From NCBI GenBank assembly GCA_963703525.1, contig CAVPET010000021.1:8446-72445 (forward strand): a DNA stretch of 64,000 nucleotides, written 5' to 3'. The DNA is from Ilumatobacteraceae bacterium. GTDB lineage: Bacteria > Actinomycetota > Acidimicrobiia > Acidimicrobiales > Ilumatobacteraceae. The notes under the pieces were generated by a model. It did no database searches and had not been told where the DNA came from. It was given only the letters and a program-made list of their open reading frames with translations. Made by a program: the position numbers and the translations under genes. Shown one piece after another: positions 19,286-32,337 of this stretch (the stretch's first letter is position 1; each line of letters starts with the position of its first letter).

Positions 19286-20412
19286 GCGTCCCTCGACGCT
19301 GGGCGTGGGCGGAGATCGACCTCGACGCCGTCATCCACAACGTCGGCGTGCTTCGTGCTGCCGTGGCGCCGTCGGCAGTCTGGGCCGTCGTGAAGGCCGA
19401 TGGCTATGGCCACGGTGCGATCGACGTGGCGGCTGCGGCGCTGGCCGCGGGCGCCGAGGGGCTGTGCGTGGCGTTGGTCTCCGAGGCGATCGCCCTGCGC
19501 GACGCAGGCATCGAGGCGCCGATCCTCGTGCTCTCCGAGCAGCCGCCCGATGCAGCAGCAGCGATCGTCGAGCACCGCCTCACCCCCACGGTCTACACGC
19601 GACGATTCGTCGACGCGCTCGTTGCTGCGGGGTCATCTGAGCTGGCGGTCCATCTGAAGATCGACACCGGTATGCAGCGCGTCGGCGTCCACCCGCACAC
19701 GGTCGCGGCGATCGTGGCGTCGATCGAGGAGCGGGCGCCCTCGGTCCGCCTGGCCGGCGTGTGCACGCATCTGGCCGTTGCCGACGATCCCGAGGATCCG
19801 TTCACCGCAACACAAGTGGCCCGCTTCGACGACGCCTTGACGCACGTGCCCGATGGGCTCGCTGTGCACATCGCGAACTCCGCAGGGGCGCTCGCCCACC
19901 CGGCAACCCATCGATCCTTCGTCCGTGCCGGTATCGCGCTCTACGGCATCTCACCCGGGCCCGGCGTCGACCATCTCGCTGGCGAGCTGCGCCCGGCATT
20001 GTCATTGAAGGCCCGGATCTCCTACGTCAAGCAGGTCCGCGCCGGGAGCCGGATCTCCTACGGTCGTCGATATCAGTTCGCGAGTGACACCACGGTGGCC
20101 ACGATTCCGATCGGCTATGCCGATGGCGTCTCGCGTCGGTTGTCCTCGGCCACCGACCGGCGCGGTGGCGAGGTGTTGATCCGGGGTCGCCGCTGCCCGA
20201 TCGTCGGCACGATCACGATGGATCAGCTCATGGTCGACTGTGGTGATCTCGAGATCCGTGCCGGCGAGGAGGTGGTGCTGATCGGCGAACAGGAAGGGCC
20301 TGACGGTGTGCAGCACATCACCGCGACCGAGTGGGCAAACCAGCTGGGCACGATCGGTTACGAGATCGTGTGTGGTATCGCCGACCGCGTGCCTCGTGTC
20401 GTGCGGCCGTAG
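19282..20412 (+). CDS. alr: Alanine racemase
   Basis: ORF 19282..20412. PLP-lysine motif 'AVVKADGYGHG'. '...YGRRY...' C-terminal domain. Confidence 0.9.
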   Translation: MSVPRRWAWAEIDLDAVIHNVGVLRAAVAPSAVWAVVKADGYGHGAIDVAAAALAAGAEGLCVALVSEAIALRDAGIEAPILVLSEQPPDAAAAIVEHRLTPTVYTRRFVDALVAAGSSELAVHLKIDTGMQRVGVHPHTVAAIVASIEERAPSVRLAGVCTHLAVADDPEDPFTATQVARFDDALTHVPDGLAVHIANSAGALAHPATHRSFVRAGIALYGISPGPGVDHLAGELRPALSLKARISYVKQVRAGSRISYGRRYQFASDTTVATIPIGYADGVSRRLSSATDRRGGEVLIRGRRCPIVGTITMDQLMVDCGDLEIRAGEEVVLIGEQEGPDGVQHITATEWANQLGTIGYEIVCGIADRVPRVVRP

Positions 20413-20423
20413 CATCGCGTCCG

Positions 20424-21011
20424 ATGTTGCTGCTCCGGGCGTCGTCGATCAACGACACACAGGCGATCGCGGCCGCCCTGGCCGCCCTTGCCCGCCCCGG
20501 CGACACCATCGTGCTGTCCGGTGAGATGGGCGCGGGAAAGACTGCCTTCGCCCAGGGGTTCGGGCGTGCGCTCGGGGTGACCGAGCCGATCACTTCGCCG
20601 ACGTACACGCTGCTGCACAGCTACGACGTACCGAAGGCGGGCCCGCTCGGGCGGGTGACGTTGCACCACGCCGATCTCTATCGTCTCGATCGCAGCGCCG
20701 AGGTTGCCGACCTCGCACTCGAGGAAATGGCCGAGTTCGGCGGGATCGTGCTCGTCGAGTGGGGCGACGTCGTCGAGGCCACGCTCGGTGAGCATCTCGT
20801 GGTCCATCTCGAGCGTGTCGACGACACGGATCCCGACGACACGGATTCTGACGACACAGGTCCCCGTGAACTGGATCTGCACGACGGTGCGCACGCTGCC
20901 GACGCCGAGGTGACCGACAACCACCGCCTGATCGAGATCGCCGGGGTCGGCCCGACGTGGGCGGCGCGTTGGGCTCGGATCATGACCGCGTGCGAGGCGT
21001 ACCGGTGCTGA
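20424..21011 (+). CDS. tsaE: tRNA t6A37 biosynthesis ATPase TsaE, with an acidic C-terminal extension
   Basis: ATG 20424 in the frame of ORF 20331..21011. 'LSGEMGAGKTAFAQGF...SPTYTL'. The extension contains three 15-bp repeats (DDTDP/DDTDS/DDTGP, 20820-20864). Confidence 0.85.
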   Translation: MLLLRASSINDTQAIAAALAALARPGDTIVLSGEMGAGKTAFAQGFGRALGVTEPITSPTYTLLHSYDVPKAGPLGRVTLHHADLYRLDRSAEVADLALEEMAEFGGIVLVEWGDVVEATLGEHLVVHLERVDDTDPDDTDSDDTGPRELDLHDGAHAADAEVTDNHRLIEIAGVGPTWAARWARIMTACEAYRC

Positions 21012-21700
21012 TCCTCGGCATCGACACGGCGACCGAGCGGGTGAGCGTCGCCGTCGGCGGCCACGAAGGCGTCATCGGCCTGTTCGAGGCGACACGCGGG
21101 CGACGCCACGTCGAGATCCTCGTACCCGCCATCGAGTTCGTGTGCCGCCGGATCGACATCGGGCTCGAGGAGATCAGCGTCGTCGCGGTCGATGTCGGGC
21201 CCGGGCTCTTCACCGGAATGCGTGTCGGGCTGGCGTCGGCGAAGGCGATTGCGCAGGCGTTGCGAGTGCCGATGATCGGCATCTCATCGCTCGACCTCCT
21301 GGCGTTTCCGTGCCGACACACCGACCGGGTCGTGGTCCCCGTCATCGACGCCCGCAAGGGGGAGGTCTTCTACGCGATGTACCGCCAGGTGCCGGGCGGT
21401 CTCCAACAAGTCGCCGAACCACGCGTCGGGCCGGTCGAGGAGTTCGTCGCCGATCTCCTCGCCCGCAGCCAGGACGTGTTGTGCGTCGGCGACGGCGCGC
21501 TGCGCTATCGCGATGAGATCCTCGAGGGCTTCCACTGCGAATTCGGCGGTGACGCCCATCCGTCGGCTGCGCCGCTCGTTCAGCTCGCGCACGCACGGGC
21601 GCTACGCGAGGAATGGGTCAACACCTGGGAGATCGAGCCGGTCTACCTCCGTGCGCCGGACGCCAAGATCAACTGGTCGACGAGGACGTCGAGGCCATGA
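21005..21700 (+). CDS. tsaB: tRNA t6A37 biosynthesis protein TsaB
   Basis: GTG 21005 in the frame of ORF 20957..21700. 'ILGIDTATERVSVAV...VDVGPGLFTGMRVGLA'. Confidence 0.85.
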   Translation: MLILGIDTATERVSVAVGGHEGVIGLFEATRGRRHVEILVPAIEFVCRRIDIGLEEISVVAVDVGPGLFTGMRVGLASAKAIAQALRVPMIGISSLDLLAFPCRHTDRVVVPVIDARKGEVFYAMYRQVPGGLQQVAEPRVGPVEEFVADLLARSQDVLCVGDGALRYRDEILEGFHCEFGGDAHPSAAPLVQLAHARALREEWVNTWEIEPVYLRAPDAKINWSTRTSRP

Positions 21701-22277
21701 GCGTCATCGAGCGGCTCCTCGGACGCGACGTTTCGGCCCCACGGGACGGCATCACGATCTCGAAGATGCGCCGACGTGATCTTCGTGCCGGCATCCTGGC
21801 GATCGAAGCCGTGAGCTACCCGCGGCCATGGTCGCAGGGTGTGTTCGACAGCGAGATCGACCAGATGCGTTCGGGGTCTCGTCACTACATCGTCGCCCGG
21901 CGTGGCCGCGACATCGTGGGGTATGCCGGGCTGTGGTTCAGCGCCGGCGACGCCCACGTGACCAACGTCGCGGTGCGCCCGGATGCGCGGCGAACGGGAG
22001 TAGCAAGTCACCTCCTGCTCACGCTCGCCGATGAGGTGCGACGTCGATCGTGCGCGGCCTGGACACTGGAGGTGCGGGTGTCGAGTGTCGGCGCGCAGGA
22101 GCTCTACCGGCGCTTCGGATTCGTGCCGGCGGGCATCAGGCCGCGCTACTACGAAAACACCGAGGACGCGATCGTGATGTGGTGCAGCGATGTGATGAGC
22201 GCCGAGTACAGGTCACAGCTCGACGAACTCCGCAAGGGGCTCGGAGCCGGCGGGCGAGATGGTGGGTCGGGATCGTG

Positions 22278-22278
<1 letters not shown>
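21697..22278 (+). CDS. rimI: Ribosomal-protein-alanine N-acetyltransferase (GNAT)
   Basis: ATG 21697 overlaps the tsaB stop. '...HVTNVAVRPDARRTGVASHLL...' acetyl-CoA motif. Synteny tsaB-rimI-tsaD. Confidence 0.8.
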
Positions 22279-23291
<1,013 letters not shown>

Positions 23292-23339
23292 GCCGCATCG
23301 TCGCGCTGTCGTCGTCGCGCCGGCGCCGGTCACCGACGG

Positions 23340-23439
23340 GATCGACCCGCTTGACCTCGACTCGCTTGACCTCGACCCGATTGACCTCGATCCGGTTGAC
23401 CTCGACCCGCTTGACCTCGAGCCGGTTGCCGGGATCGAG
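23340..23439. repeat. 15-bp tandem repeat array: five good copies plus one or two degenerate copies of cTTGACCTCGAcccg
   Basis: TTGACC occurs at 23351, 23366, 23381, 23396 and 23411. Degenerate TTGCCG at 23426. Lies in the 171-nt gap between tsaD and dus. Confidence 0.9.
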
Positions 23440-23462
23440 CCGGTTGATACCGTTGACGACCC

Positions 23463-24611
23463 ATGTCGTTCTCGATCGGTTCACATGCGTTGTCGGCGCC
23501 GGTGGTGCTCGCCCCGATGGCGGGCGTCACCAACGCTCCGTTCCGCGAGACTGTGCCGGTGGTTCGCTCCCGGCCTCGTGTACGTCAACGAGATGGTGAT
23601 GGCGACGCCGGTCGTGCACGGCAACGCCAAGACCGATCGCATGATCAGCTTCGCTGCCGACGAGCATCCGCGGAGTCTGCAGCTCTACGGCAGCGACCCG
23701 CAGATCATGGGTGAGGCGGTACACAAGCTCTGCGACGCAGGTCGCGTCGATCACATCGACATCAACTTCGGCTGCCCGGCAGCGAAGGTCACCCGTCGCG
23801 GTGGTGGAGCGGCGGTGCCGGCTCGTCCCGAACTGTTCCGCGCCATCGTGCGCGCTGCGGTGTCCAACGCCGATCCGTACGGCAGTGCCGGTCACCGCGA
23901 AGTTCCGCATGGGACTGTTCGACGACTGGCTCACGCACCTTCGTACCGGCGAGGTATGCGCCGAGGAAGGCGTGGCAGCAATCGCACTGCACGCACGAAC
24001 GGTGCAGCAGCACTACTCCGGGCCGGCCCGCTGGGAGGCGATCGCCGAGCTGAAGGACGACGGTCGGCACGATTCCGGTGCTCGGCAACGGCGACATCTG
24101 GGAAGCGTACGACGCGGTCCGGATGATGGCCGAGACCGGATGCGATGGTGTGGTGATCGGTCGTGGCTGCCTCGGTCGGCCATGGCTGTTCGGGGATCTC
24201 GTCGAGGCGTTGTCGGGGCGTGCCGTGCCGCCGAGCCGCCTGCTCGGCGAGGTGATGTCGGTGATGCTCGACCACGGCCGTCTGCTCACCGCTCACCTCG
24301 GCGAGTCACATGCCATGCGTGACTTCCGCAAGCACACCGGCTGGTACATGAGCGGTTACCCGGTCGGGCCCGAGGCTCGCCGTCGGTTCTCCCTCGTGTC
24401 GACGCTTGGCGAGCTCGAAGATGTCCTGGCCTCACTCGACCCGACCGCCCGCATCGTGGCCGGGGGTGAACGCGTCAAACGCGGGCACACGAACGGCCCG
24501 ATCAAGGTGAGCCTCCCCGACGGATGGCTCGACGATCGTCACCGCCCGTCGTTCCTCGACGACGTCTCGGTCCCCGACGACGACGACGTGATGGCTCTGT
24601 CCGGCGGATGA
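23463..24611 (+). pseudogene. dus: tRNA-dihydrouridine synthase, with the reading frame interrupted by three +1 shifts
   Basis: Four consecutive pieces. MSFSIGSHALSAPVVLAPMAGVTNAPFR (frame of 23463). LCRWFAPGLVYVNEMV...DINFGCPAAKVTRRGGGAA...VSNAD (frame of 23227). VPVTAKFRMG...HARTVQQHYSGPARWEAIAELKD (frame of 23711). IPVLGNGDIW...VVIGRGCLGRPWLF... to stop 24611 (frame of 24078). Confidence 0.85.
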
Positions 24612-24615
24612 CCGG

Positions 24616-25215
24616 ATGATCGGCATCCCGGCCGGCACCCGACTCGTGCTGGCCTCGGCTTCACCGCGACGCCGCGATCTGCTCCGCTCCATCGGCCTCG
24701 AGTTCGACGTTCGGTCGAGCCGCATCGACGAATCCGTACGGCCCGTCGAGGGCCCGATCGAATATGTGCGTCGGCTGTCGATCGAGAAGGCCGAGGCGGT
24801 TGCCGCGCAGCGCGACGACATCGTGATCGCGGCCGACACAACCGTGGAGATCGCCGGGCAGATCCTCGCCAAACCGGTCGATGACGACGACGCCCGCCGG
24901 ATGCTCGGCCTCCTCGCGGGAGCAACGCATCGAGTTCACACCGGCGTATCCGTACGCCACGGCCGGAACCTGCTCACGCAGGTCGTCACCACGGCCGTCA
25001 CGTTCGTACAGCTCGGGCCCGCCGAGATCGAGTGGTACGTCGGGACCGGCGAACCGTTCGGAAAGGCCGGGGGATACGCCATCCAGGGTGCCGGGGGAGC
25101 GCTCGTCGCACGAGTCGACGGCAGCGTCAGCAACGTGATCGGGCTCCCGCTCGCCGAGACGATCGGGTTGCTCCGTGCACAGTGCGAGCGGTCGCCCGGT
25201 GAGCTCTCTCGGTGA
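24616..25215 (+). CDS. maf: Maf-like nucleoside triphosphate pyrophosphatase
   Basis: ORF 24616..25215. 'LVLASASPRRRDLL', 'GKAGGYAIQG'. Confidence 0.85.
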   Translation: MIGIPAGTRLVLASASPRRRDLLRSIGLEFDVRSSRIDESVRPVEGPIEYVRRLSIEKAEAVAAQRDDIVIAADTTVEIAGQILAKPVDDDDARRMLGLLAGATHRVHTGVSVRHGRNLLTQVVTTAVTFVQLGPAEIEWYVGTGEPFGKAGGYAIQGAGGALVARVDGSVSNVIGLPLAETIGLLRAQCERSPGELSR

Positions 25216-25225
25216 GCTCTCTCGG

Positions 25226-25252
25226 TTAGCACTCTCGGCCTGCGGTTGCTAA
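25226..25252. promoter_or_regulatory. CIRCE-like operator (HrcA site) 1: TTAGCACTC-N9-GGTTGCTAA
   Basis: The left arm is perfect and the right arm has 2 mismatches to GAGTGCTAA. Lies upstream of groES. Confidence 0.6.
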
Positions 25253-25273
25253 CGGCCGGTCGCGTGGCATAGC

Positions 25274-25300
25274 CTGGCAGTCGAGCGGGACGAGTGCTAA
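25274..25300. promoter_or_regulatory. CIRCE-like operator 2: CTGGCAGTC-N9-GAGTGCTAA
   Basis: The right arm is perfect and the left arm has 3 mismatches to TTAGCACTC. Lies 69 nt upstream of the groES ATG. Confidence 0.55.
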
Positions 25301-25368
25301 CTCCCCCGCTCATGACGTCAATCAACGTGACCCCACGAAGGTGGGAGAGCCAATGGAGGCTTGCACCA

Positions 25369-27329
<1,961 letters not shown>

Positions 27330-27378
27330 ACAGCGACAGACGCTGGGAGACGGGCTCCGCTCGTGCTCATCGACTGTT

Positions 27379-27415
27379 CCGCCCCGGGGATTGGCTCACG
27401 CCGACCCCGGGGCGG
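27379..27415 (+). terminator. GC-rich hairpin downstream of groEL (CCGCCCCGGGG - 15 nt - CCCCGGGGCGG)
   Basis: 11-bp perfect inverted repeat 50 nt after the groEL stop, followed by TGCTCGTTG. Confidence 0.5.
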
Positions 27416-27489
27416 TGCTCGTTGCGACGACGTGCGGCAATCAGACCCTGCACGTGTGTGCTCCGAACCGTCACGGTACTCTTCGAGCG

Positions 27490-27996
27490 ATGCCGCAGAT
27501 CGAGCGTGTTCAGCGACCCTTCTGGATGCACCAGGTCGTCGAGTACATCCTCGGCATCGCGCTGGTCATGACGGCGGTCCAGCAACCGGAGCCGACGATC
27601 CCGGCTGTCATGGGCGTGGCGGTGCTGCTCAACGCAGCGATCGCGATCGGGCCTGCCGGCGCGTTCCGCCTCGTGCCGCGCAAGCTCCACAAGCACATGG
27701 ACCTGGTGGTGATCGCCATGTTGTTGTTCGCCGCGATCCAGCCGTGGTTGAGCGTCGACGCGACGGGCCGAATGATCATGTTCGGGATCGCGATCGTCAT
27801 GTTCTTCATCTGGTTCCACAGCGACTTCACCGATCGCGCCGACCGCAAGGCGGCCAAGGCGGCCAAAGCGACCCAGTCGAGCGACGCGGACCGAACTGCC
27901 AGGGACAGCGCCGCGATCGGCAAGACCGCCGGTCGCTATGTCGGCCACGGTGTGAACTCGTTGAAGCGCTGGAAGGATTCGCTCGGCTCGCAGTGA
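27490..27996 (+). CDS. Hypothetical integral membrane protein (about 4 predicted helices, Lys/Ala-rich tail)
   Basis: ATG 27490 in the frame of ORF 27391..27996. Hydrophobic segments [43 protein letters not shown] and [15 protein letters not shown]. Confidence 0.6.
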   Translation: MPQIERVQRPFWMHQVVEYILGIALVMTAVQQPEPTIPAVMGVAVLLNAAIAIGPAGAFRLVPRKLHKHMDLVVIAMLLFAAIQPWLSVDATGRMIMFGIAIVMFFIWFHSDFTDRADRKAAKAAKATQSSDADRTARDSAAIGKTAGRYVGHGVNSLKRWKDSLGSQ

Positions 27997-28026
27997 GCGC
28001 CCGGCGCGAACGTGTAGGCTGTAGGC

Positions 28027-28203
28027 ATGCCTTTCGAGCAGCCGGCCCCCGATCTCGCGAAGATCATTGCTGCCCTCGAGGAGTGGGAGCGCGGCGATCA
28101 GACCGCCGGCCGGACACTCGCCAACATGAAGACCGCTGGGTTGCCCACGGTTCTCGAGCAGCTCGCCCGCGACGGCTGGACACCATCCGAACCGGTCGCC
28201 TGA
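28027..28203 (+). CDS. Small hypothetical protein (58 aa)
   Basis: Hand-translated as MPFEQPAPDLAKIIAALEEWERGDQTAGRTLANMKTAGLPTVLEQLARDGWTPSEPVA. High third-position GC. Below the ORF-track cut-off. No recognisable family. Confidence 0.4.
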   Translation: MPFEQPAPDLAKIIAALEEWERGDQTAGRTLANMKTAGLPTVLEQLARDGWTPSEPVA

Positions 28204-28359
28204 GCCCGATCGCCTGAGCAGGCAAGCCTCGTTTCGATGCGACCAGGTTCCGGGCGACCGGCTTCCGGGCGACCGGCTTCCAGGCGGCCAGGCGGTGCAC
28301 AGGAGATCCCACGCCCGCCGGTGTGGACGAGTTCCGACGTGACGCCGTGGCCCGATGGC

Positions 28360-28965
28360 ATGAGCTGGACGCTCGACGCGCTCGTGGCGTCGGTCCCGAC
28401 GGAATCGGCGCCGCCATTTCCCGCCCTCGCCGGCGCGCGGCTGTCCGCTGTGCTCATCGCGCTCGTCGATGGCCCCGATGGTGTCGAGGTGTTGCTGACC
28501 CGTCGTTCGATGGCGTTGCGCAACCATCGCGGTGAGATCAGCTTTCCGGGAGGGCGTGTCGACGTCGGCGAATCACCGCTCGAGGCCGCACTGCGCGAAG
28601 CCCACGAGGAGGTCGGCCTCGATCCGGCGCTCGCCGGGATCATCGGTGAGCTCGATCATCTGACCACGATCGTCAGTCGGAGCTACATCGTGCCCGTCGT
28701 CGCCACGTTGGAGAGCCGGCCTGAGCTCGTGGCACACGCCGCGGAGGTCGACCGGGTCCTGTGGACCCCGATCAGCGATCTCACCTCGCCGGGCGCCTAT
28801 CGGATGGAACACTGGGGTTCGCCACCTCTGGATCGCCCGCTGCACTTCTTCGAACTCGACGACGAAACGGTGTGGGGCGCCACGGCCCACATGCTCGTCG
28901 ATCTGCTCACAAGGCCCTTGGCCGCGCCCGGTGGCGCGTCAGGCGTCGTCGGCAACGAGCGTTGA
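28360..28965 (+). CDS. Nudix hydrolase (CoA pyrophosphatase-like)
   Basis: Frame of ORF 28237..28965. Nudix box 'GGRVDVGESPLEAALREAHEEVGL'. ATG 28360 preferred. The upstream codons run through a 15-bp tandem repeat (28248-28292). Confidence 0.8.
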   Translation: MSWTLDALVASVPTESAPPFPALAGARLSAVLIALVDGPDGVEVLLTRRSMALRNHRGEISFPGGRVDVGESPLEAALREAHEEVGLDPALAGIIGELDHLTTIVSRSYIVPVVATLESRPELVAHAAEVDRVLWTPISDLTSPGAYRMEHWGSPPLDRPLHFFELDDETVWGATAHMLVDLLTRPLAAPGGASGVVGNER

Positions 28966-30369
28966 CAGCAGTGTCCACGCCCGCATCACGTCGGCGTGCG
29001 TCGTGGCGCGGCTGCCGATCGAGACGCGCAGCACCGAACGCCCATCGAGCACGGTGCGGGTGAACAAGGCCGCTCCGGAGGCGTTCGCCCGTTCGATCAG
29101 TCGGTCCGTCGCGGTGTTGGCCGCGTCGATGTGGTCATCACGAACCGCGAGACACAGCAGGTTCAACTCGTGGGGGGCCATGATCTCGAAGCGCGCGTCC
29201 TTGCGCACGACTCCCGCCAGCTCCTGGGTGAAGCCGACGTGGGAACGGATCATCGACCGCAACGCCTCGACCCCATCGCAGCGGATGGTGAACCACAACT
29301 TGAGCGCACGGAACCGGCGTCCGAGGGGTATCTGCCAGTCGCGGTAGTCGATCACGGCGCCCTGTTCGGCGGCTGCTGATCGGAGATATTCCGGCAGGAT
29401 GCTCAGCGCGCCGAGCAGCGACGTGCGGTCCGCCGTCCAGTAGAGATTGCAGTCGAAGTTGACGCCCATCCACTTGTGGCCGTCGGTGCAGTACGAGTCG
29501 ACCCGGTCCAGACCGTCGTTGACCCAGCGGTACTCCGCGACGAGCGCGGCGATGCCCGCCATGGCTGCGTCGACGTGCAACCACAGGCCCTCGGAGCGGC
29601 AGATCTCGGCGAGCGCCGCCGTCGGGTCGAACGCCAGCGACGATGTCGTGCCATGCGTCGAGCAGACGAAGAACGGCACGAGGCCCGCCGCTCGGTCGGC
29701 GGCGATCATCGACCAGAGCGCCTCGGGCTCCATGGCGAAGGACGCATCGTGCGGCACGATCCGGATACGTTCCGTCCCGATGCCGGCGATCCGGAGACCC
29801 TTCTCGATGCTCGAGTGGGCCTGCGAGGTGGAATAGGCAACCAGCCGCGTGGTGTCCCCATCGGCGTTGACGGCGCCCGACGTGGCCCTCCATCGAGCGG
29901 AGAGCACGGCCACGAGCGACGCCTCACTGGCCGACCCCTGGATGACACCGCCGCCGTTGTCGCTCGTCGAACGGAACCGCGCGGGAAGATCGAGCAGTTC
30001 CTGCATCCAATCGAGCATCAACGTCTCGAGTTCGGTGCACGCCGGTGAGGTCACCCAGCTCATGCCCTGCACGCCGAGGCCTGCGGAGAGCAACTCGCCG
30101 AGAATCGACGGGAACGAGGAGTTCGCCGGGAAGTAGCCGAAGAAGGCCGGGTGTTGCCAGTGGGTGAGGCCGGGGAGGATGACTCGGTCGACGTCGGACA
30201 TCACCGCAGTGAATGCCTCGGGAGCGGTCGGGGGGTGCTCCGGCAGCGCGGCGCGTATCTCGCCGGGCTCGACGTCGGACTGCACGCGCTGCGTTCCCAC
30301 GCCATCGAGGTAGTCGGCGATCCAGTCGACGAGGTCGTGGCCACTCGACCGGAACTCCTCGGGTGTCAC
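28939..30369 (-). CDS. Pyridoxal-dependent (group II) aromatic-L-amino-acid decarboxylase-like enzyme
   Basis: ORF 28939..30369. '[16 protein letters not shown]', 'SPACTELE', PLP-lysine context '[14 protein letters not shown]'. Confidence 0.85.
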   Translation of the reverse strand: MTPEEFRSSGHDLVDWIADYLDGVGTQRVQSDVEPGEIRAALPEHPPTAPEAFTAVMSDVDRVILPGLTHWQHPAFFGYFPANSSFPSILGELLSAGLGVQGMSWVTSPACTELETLMLDWMQELLDLPARFRSTSDNGGGVIQGSASEASLVAVLSARWRATSGAVNADGDTTRLVAYSTSQAHSSIEKGLRIAGIGTERIRIVPHDASFAMEPEALWSMIAADRAAGLVPFFVCSTHGTTSSLAFDPTAALAEICRSEGLWLHVDAAMAGIAALVAEYRWVNDGLDRVDSYCTDGHKWMGVNFDCNLYWTADRTSLLGALSILPEYLRSAAAEQGAVIDYRDWQIPLGRRFRALKLWFTIRCDGVEALRSMIRSHVGFTQELAGVVRKDARFEIMAPHELNLLCLAVRDDHIDAANTATDRLIERANASGAALFTRTVLDGRSVLRVSIGSRATTHADVMRAWTLLSTLVADDA

Positions 30370-30737
30370 GTGTCGTCCATCCCGGCGCGGTTCTTGCGGA
30401 CACCGATGGCGATGCGAGTGAAGATGAGCGCCATCCCGGCGATCATCACGATGAACACCGCGGTCAGGCTCGACCCGCCCCGCTGCTCGCTGCCGCAGCC
30501 CGACTTTTCGAGCGTACCGACGCAGGCGCTCAGGTCGCGGTCCTCGGGGAGGAACTCGTTCGCCGTCACGACAGGTGGTTCGCTGAACCCGCTCGATGGC
30601 GGCGGCTCCGGGGCCGGGGCGGTGCCGGCAGCGGTGGCGGGGGTGTCGGTCATCGCTGCATGGGCCCGGTCGCCGCCCCCGAAGAGGGCGATGGTGGCGA
30701 GGATGGGTACGAGCCGGCGGGCTGCCCTACGATTCAC
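30366..30737 (-). CDS. Hypothetical secreted/membrane-anchored protein, translationally coupled to the decarboxylase
   Basis: ORF 30366..30737. N-terminal signal-like [16 protein letters not shown]-terminal helix [23 protein letters not shown]. Its stop overlaps the decarboxylase GTG (GTGA). Confidence 0.5.
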   Translation of the reverse strand: MNRRAARRLVPILATIALFGGGDRAHAAMTDTPATAAGTAPAPEPPPSSGFSEPPVVTANEFLPEDRDLSACVGTLEKSGCGSEQRGGSSLTAVFIVMIAGMALIFTRIAIGVRKNRAGMDDT

Positions 30738-30789
30738 CTCCTTGAGTCAATCGCATCGACCCGCCCGCACCTCGTCGGATCGCGAGACC

Positions 30790-32337
30790 GTGCTCGTGGT
30801 CGATTTCGGCGCGCAGTACGCGCAGCTCATCGCGCGCCGCGTGCGCGAGCTGCGTGTGCACTCCGAAATCGTGCCGCATCGGATCACCGCGGCCGAACTC
30901 AAGGATCGGGCACCCGCCGCCATCATCTTGTCCGGCGGCCCCAAGAGCGTCCATGTGGAGGGTGCGCCGACACTCGATCCGGAGATCTACGACCTCGGTA
31001 TCCCGGTGCTCGGAATCTGTTACGGCGCGCAGCTGATCGCCCAGCAGCTCGGTGGAACCGTCGGTCGTGGCCTGCGCGGCGAGTACGGGCGCACCCGGCT
31101 GGCCCGTACGAGCGGTTCACATTCGACGCTGCTGCACGACGGCCTGCCGGCCCAACAGGACGTCTGGATGAGTCACTTCGACGCCGTCACCGAGACGCCG
31201 CCGGGCTTCCACGCGACTGCGTCCACACCGGATGCGCCCGTCGCCGCCTTCGAGTCGCCCGAACGCAAGATCTGGGCGGTCCAGTTTCACCCGGAGGTGG
31301 GCCACACCCCGAACGGGATGGCGGTGCTCGAGCAGTTCCTGTGGCGGCTCGCATCGTGCGCTCCGACGTGGGCGATGGGGTCGGTGCTCGACGAGCAGGT
31401 TGCCGCCGTCCGCGCGCAGGTCGGTGACGGCCGGGCGATCTGTGGGCTGTCGGGAGGGGTCGACTCCTCCGTTGCGGCGGCGTTGGTACATCGCGCGATC
31501 GGAAACCAGCTGACCTGCGTGTACGTCGACACGGGCTTGATGCGCAAGGGGGAGAGTGGGCAAGTTGTCGAGACGTTCCGTCGGAACCTCGGCATCGAGT
31601 TGATCCACGTCGATGCCGCCGACCGGTTCTTCGCCGCGCTCGCCGGCATCACCGAGCCGGAAGCGAAACGCAAGGCCATCGGCGAGCAGTTCATCCGGGT
31701 GTTCGAGGAGTGCACCGGTGATCTCACGAGTGGCTCGGGGCCGCTGGCGCGGTTTCTCGTGCAGGGCACGCTCTACCCCGACCTGATCGAGAGTGGGGGC
31801 GCCGATGGTTCGGCGTCGGTGATCAAGAGCCATCACAATGTCGGCGGTCTGCCCGACGACATGACGTTGGAGCTGGTCGAGCCGTTGCGTGACCTCTTCA
31901 AGGACGAGGTCCGGCGGCTCGGCATCGAGCTCGGCCTGCCCGATGAGATGGTGTGGCGGCAACCGTTTCCCGGGCCCGGGTTGGGTGTCCGGATCATCGG
32001 AGAGGTGACGCCCGAGCGAGTCGCGGTGTTGCAGGAGGCCGACGCCATCGTCCGCGAGGAGTTGCGCCTGGCCGGCCTCGAACGCGAGATCTGGCAGTCG
32101 TTCGCCGTGCTCGCCGACATCCGCTCGGTCGGGGTGATGGGCGACGAGCGCACCTACGGCCACCCGATCATCATCCGGGCCGTGACCAGCGACGATGCGA
32201 TGACGGCCGACTGGGCGCGCATCCCGTACGACGTGCTCGAGACGATGTCGCAGCGCATCATCAACGAGGTGCCGGGCATCAATCGAGTGGCCTACGACAT
32301 CACGTCGAAGCCGCCCGGCACGATCGAATGGGAGTGA
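30790..32337 (+). CDS. guaA: GMP synthase (glutamine-hydrolysing)
   Basis: GTG 30790 in the frame of ORF 30151..32337. '[20 protein letters not shown]', 'GICYGAQL', 'SGGVDSSV', C-terminal '...KPPGTIEWE'. The upstream 640 nt of the ORF is antisense to the decarboxylase operon. Confidence 0.9.
   Translation: MLVVDFGAQYAQLIARRVRELRVHSEIVPHRITAAELKDRAPAAIILSGGPKSVHVEGAPTLDPEIYDLGIPVLGICYGAQLIAQQLGGTVGRGLRGEYGRTRLARTSGSHSTLLHDGLPAQQDVWMSHFDAVTETPPGFHATASTPDAPVAAFESPERKIWAVQFHPEVGHTPNGMAVLEQFLWRLASCAPTWAMGSVLDEQVAAVRAQVGDGRAICGLSGGVDSSVAAALVHRAIGNQLTCVYVDTGLMRKGESGQVVETFRRNLGIELIHVDAADRFFAALAGITEPEAKRKAIGEQFIRVFEECTGDLTSGSGPLARFLVQGTLYPDLIESGGADGSASVIKSHHNVGGLPDDMTLELVEPLRDLFKDEVRRLGIELGLPDEMVWRQPFPGPGLGVRIIGEVTPERVAVLQEADAIVREELRLAGLEREIWQSFAVLADIRSVGVMGDERTYGHPIIIRAVTSDDAMTADWARIPYDVLETMSQRIINEVPGINRVAYDITSKPPGTIEWE

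Noticed and set aside
30151-30789. N-terminal 213 codons of the 728-aa ORF containing guaA
   Set aside because: It overlaps the decarboxylase and small-protein genes on the opposite strand. GuaA homology starts at [10 protein letters not shown] (GTG 30790).
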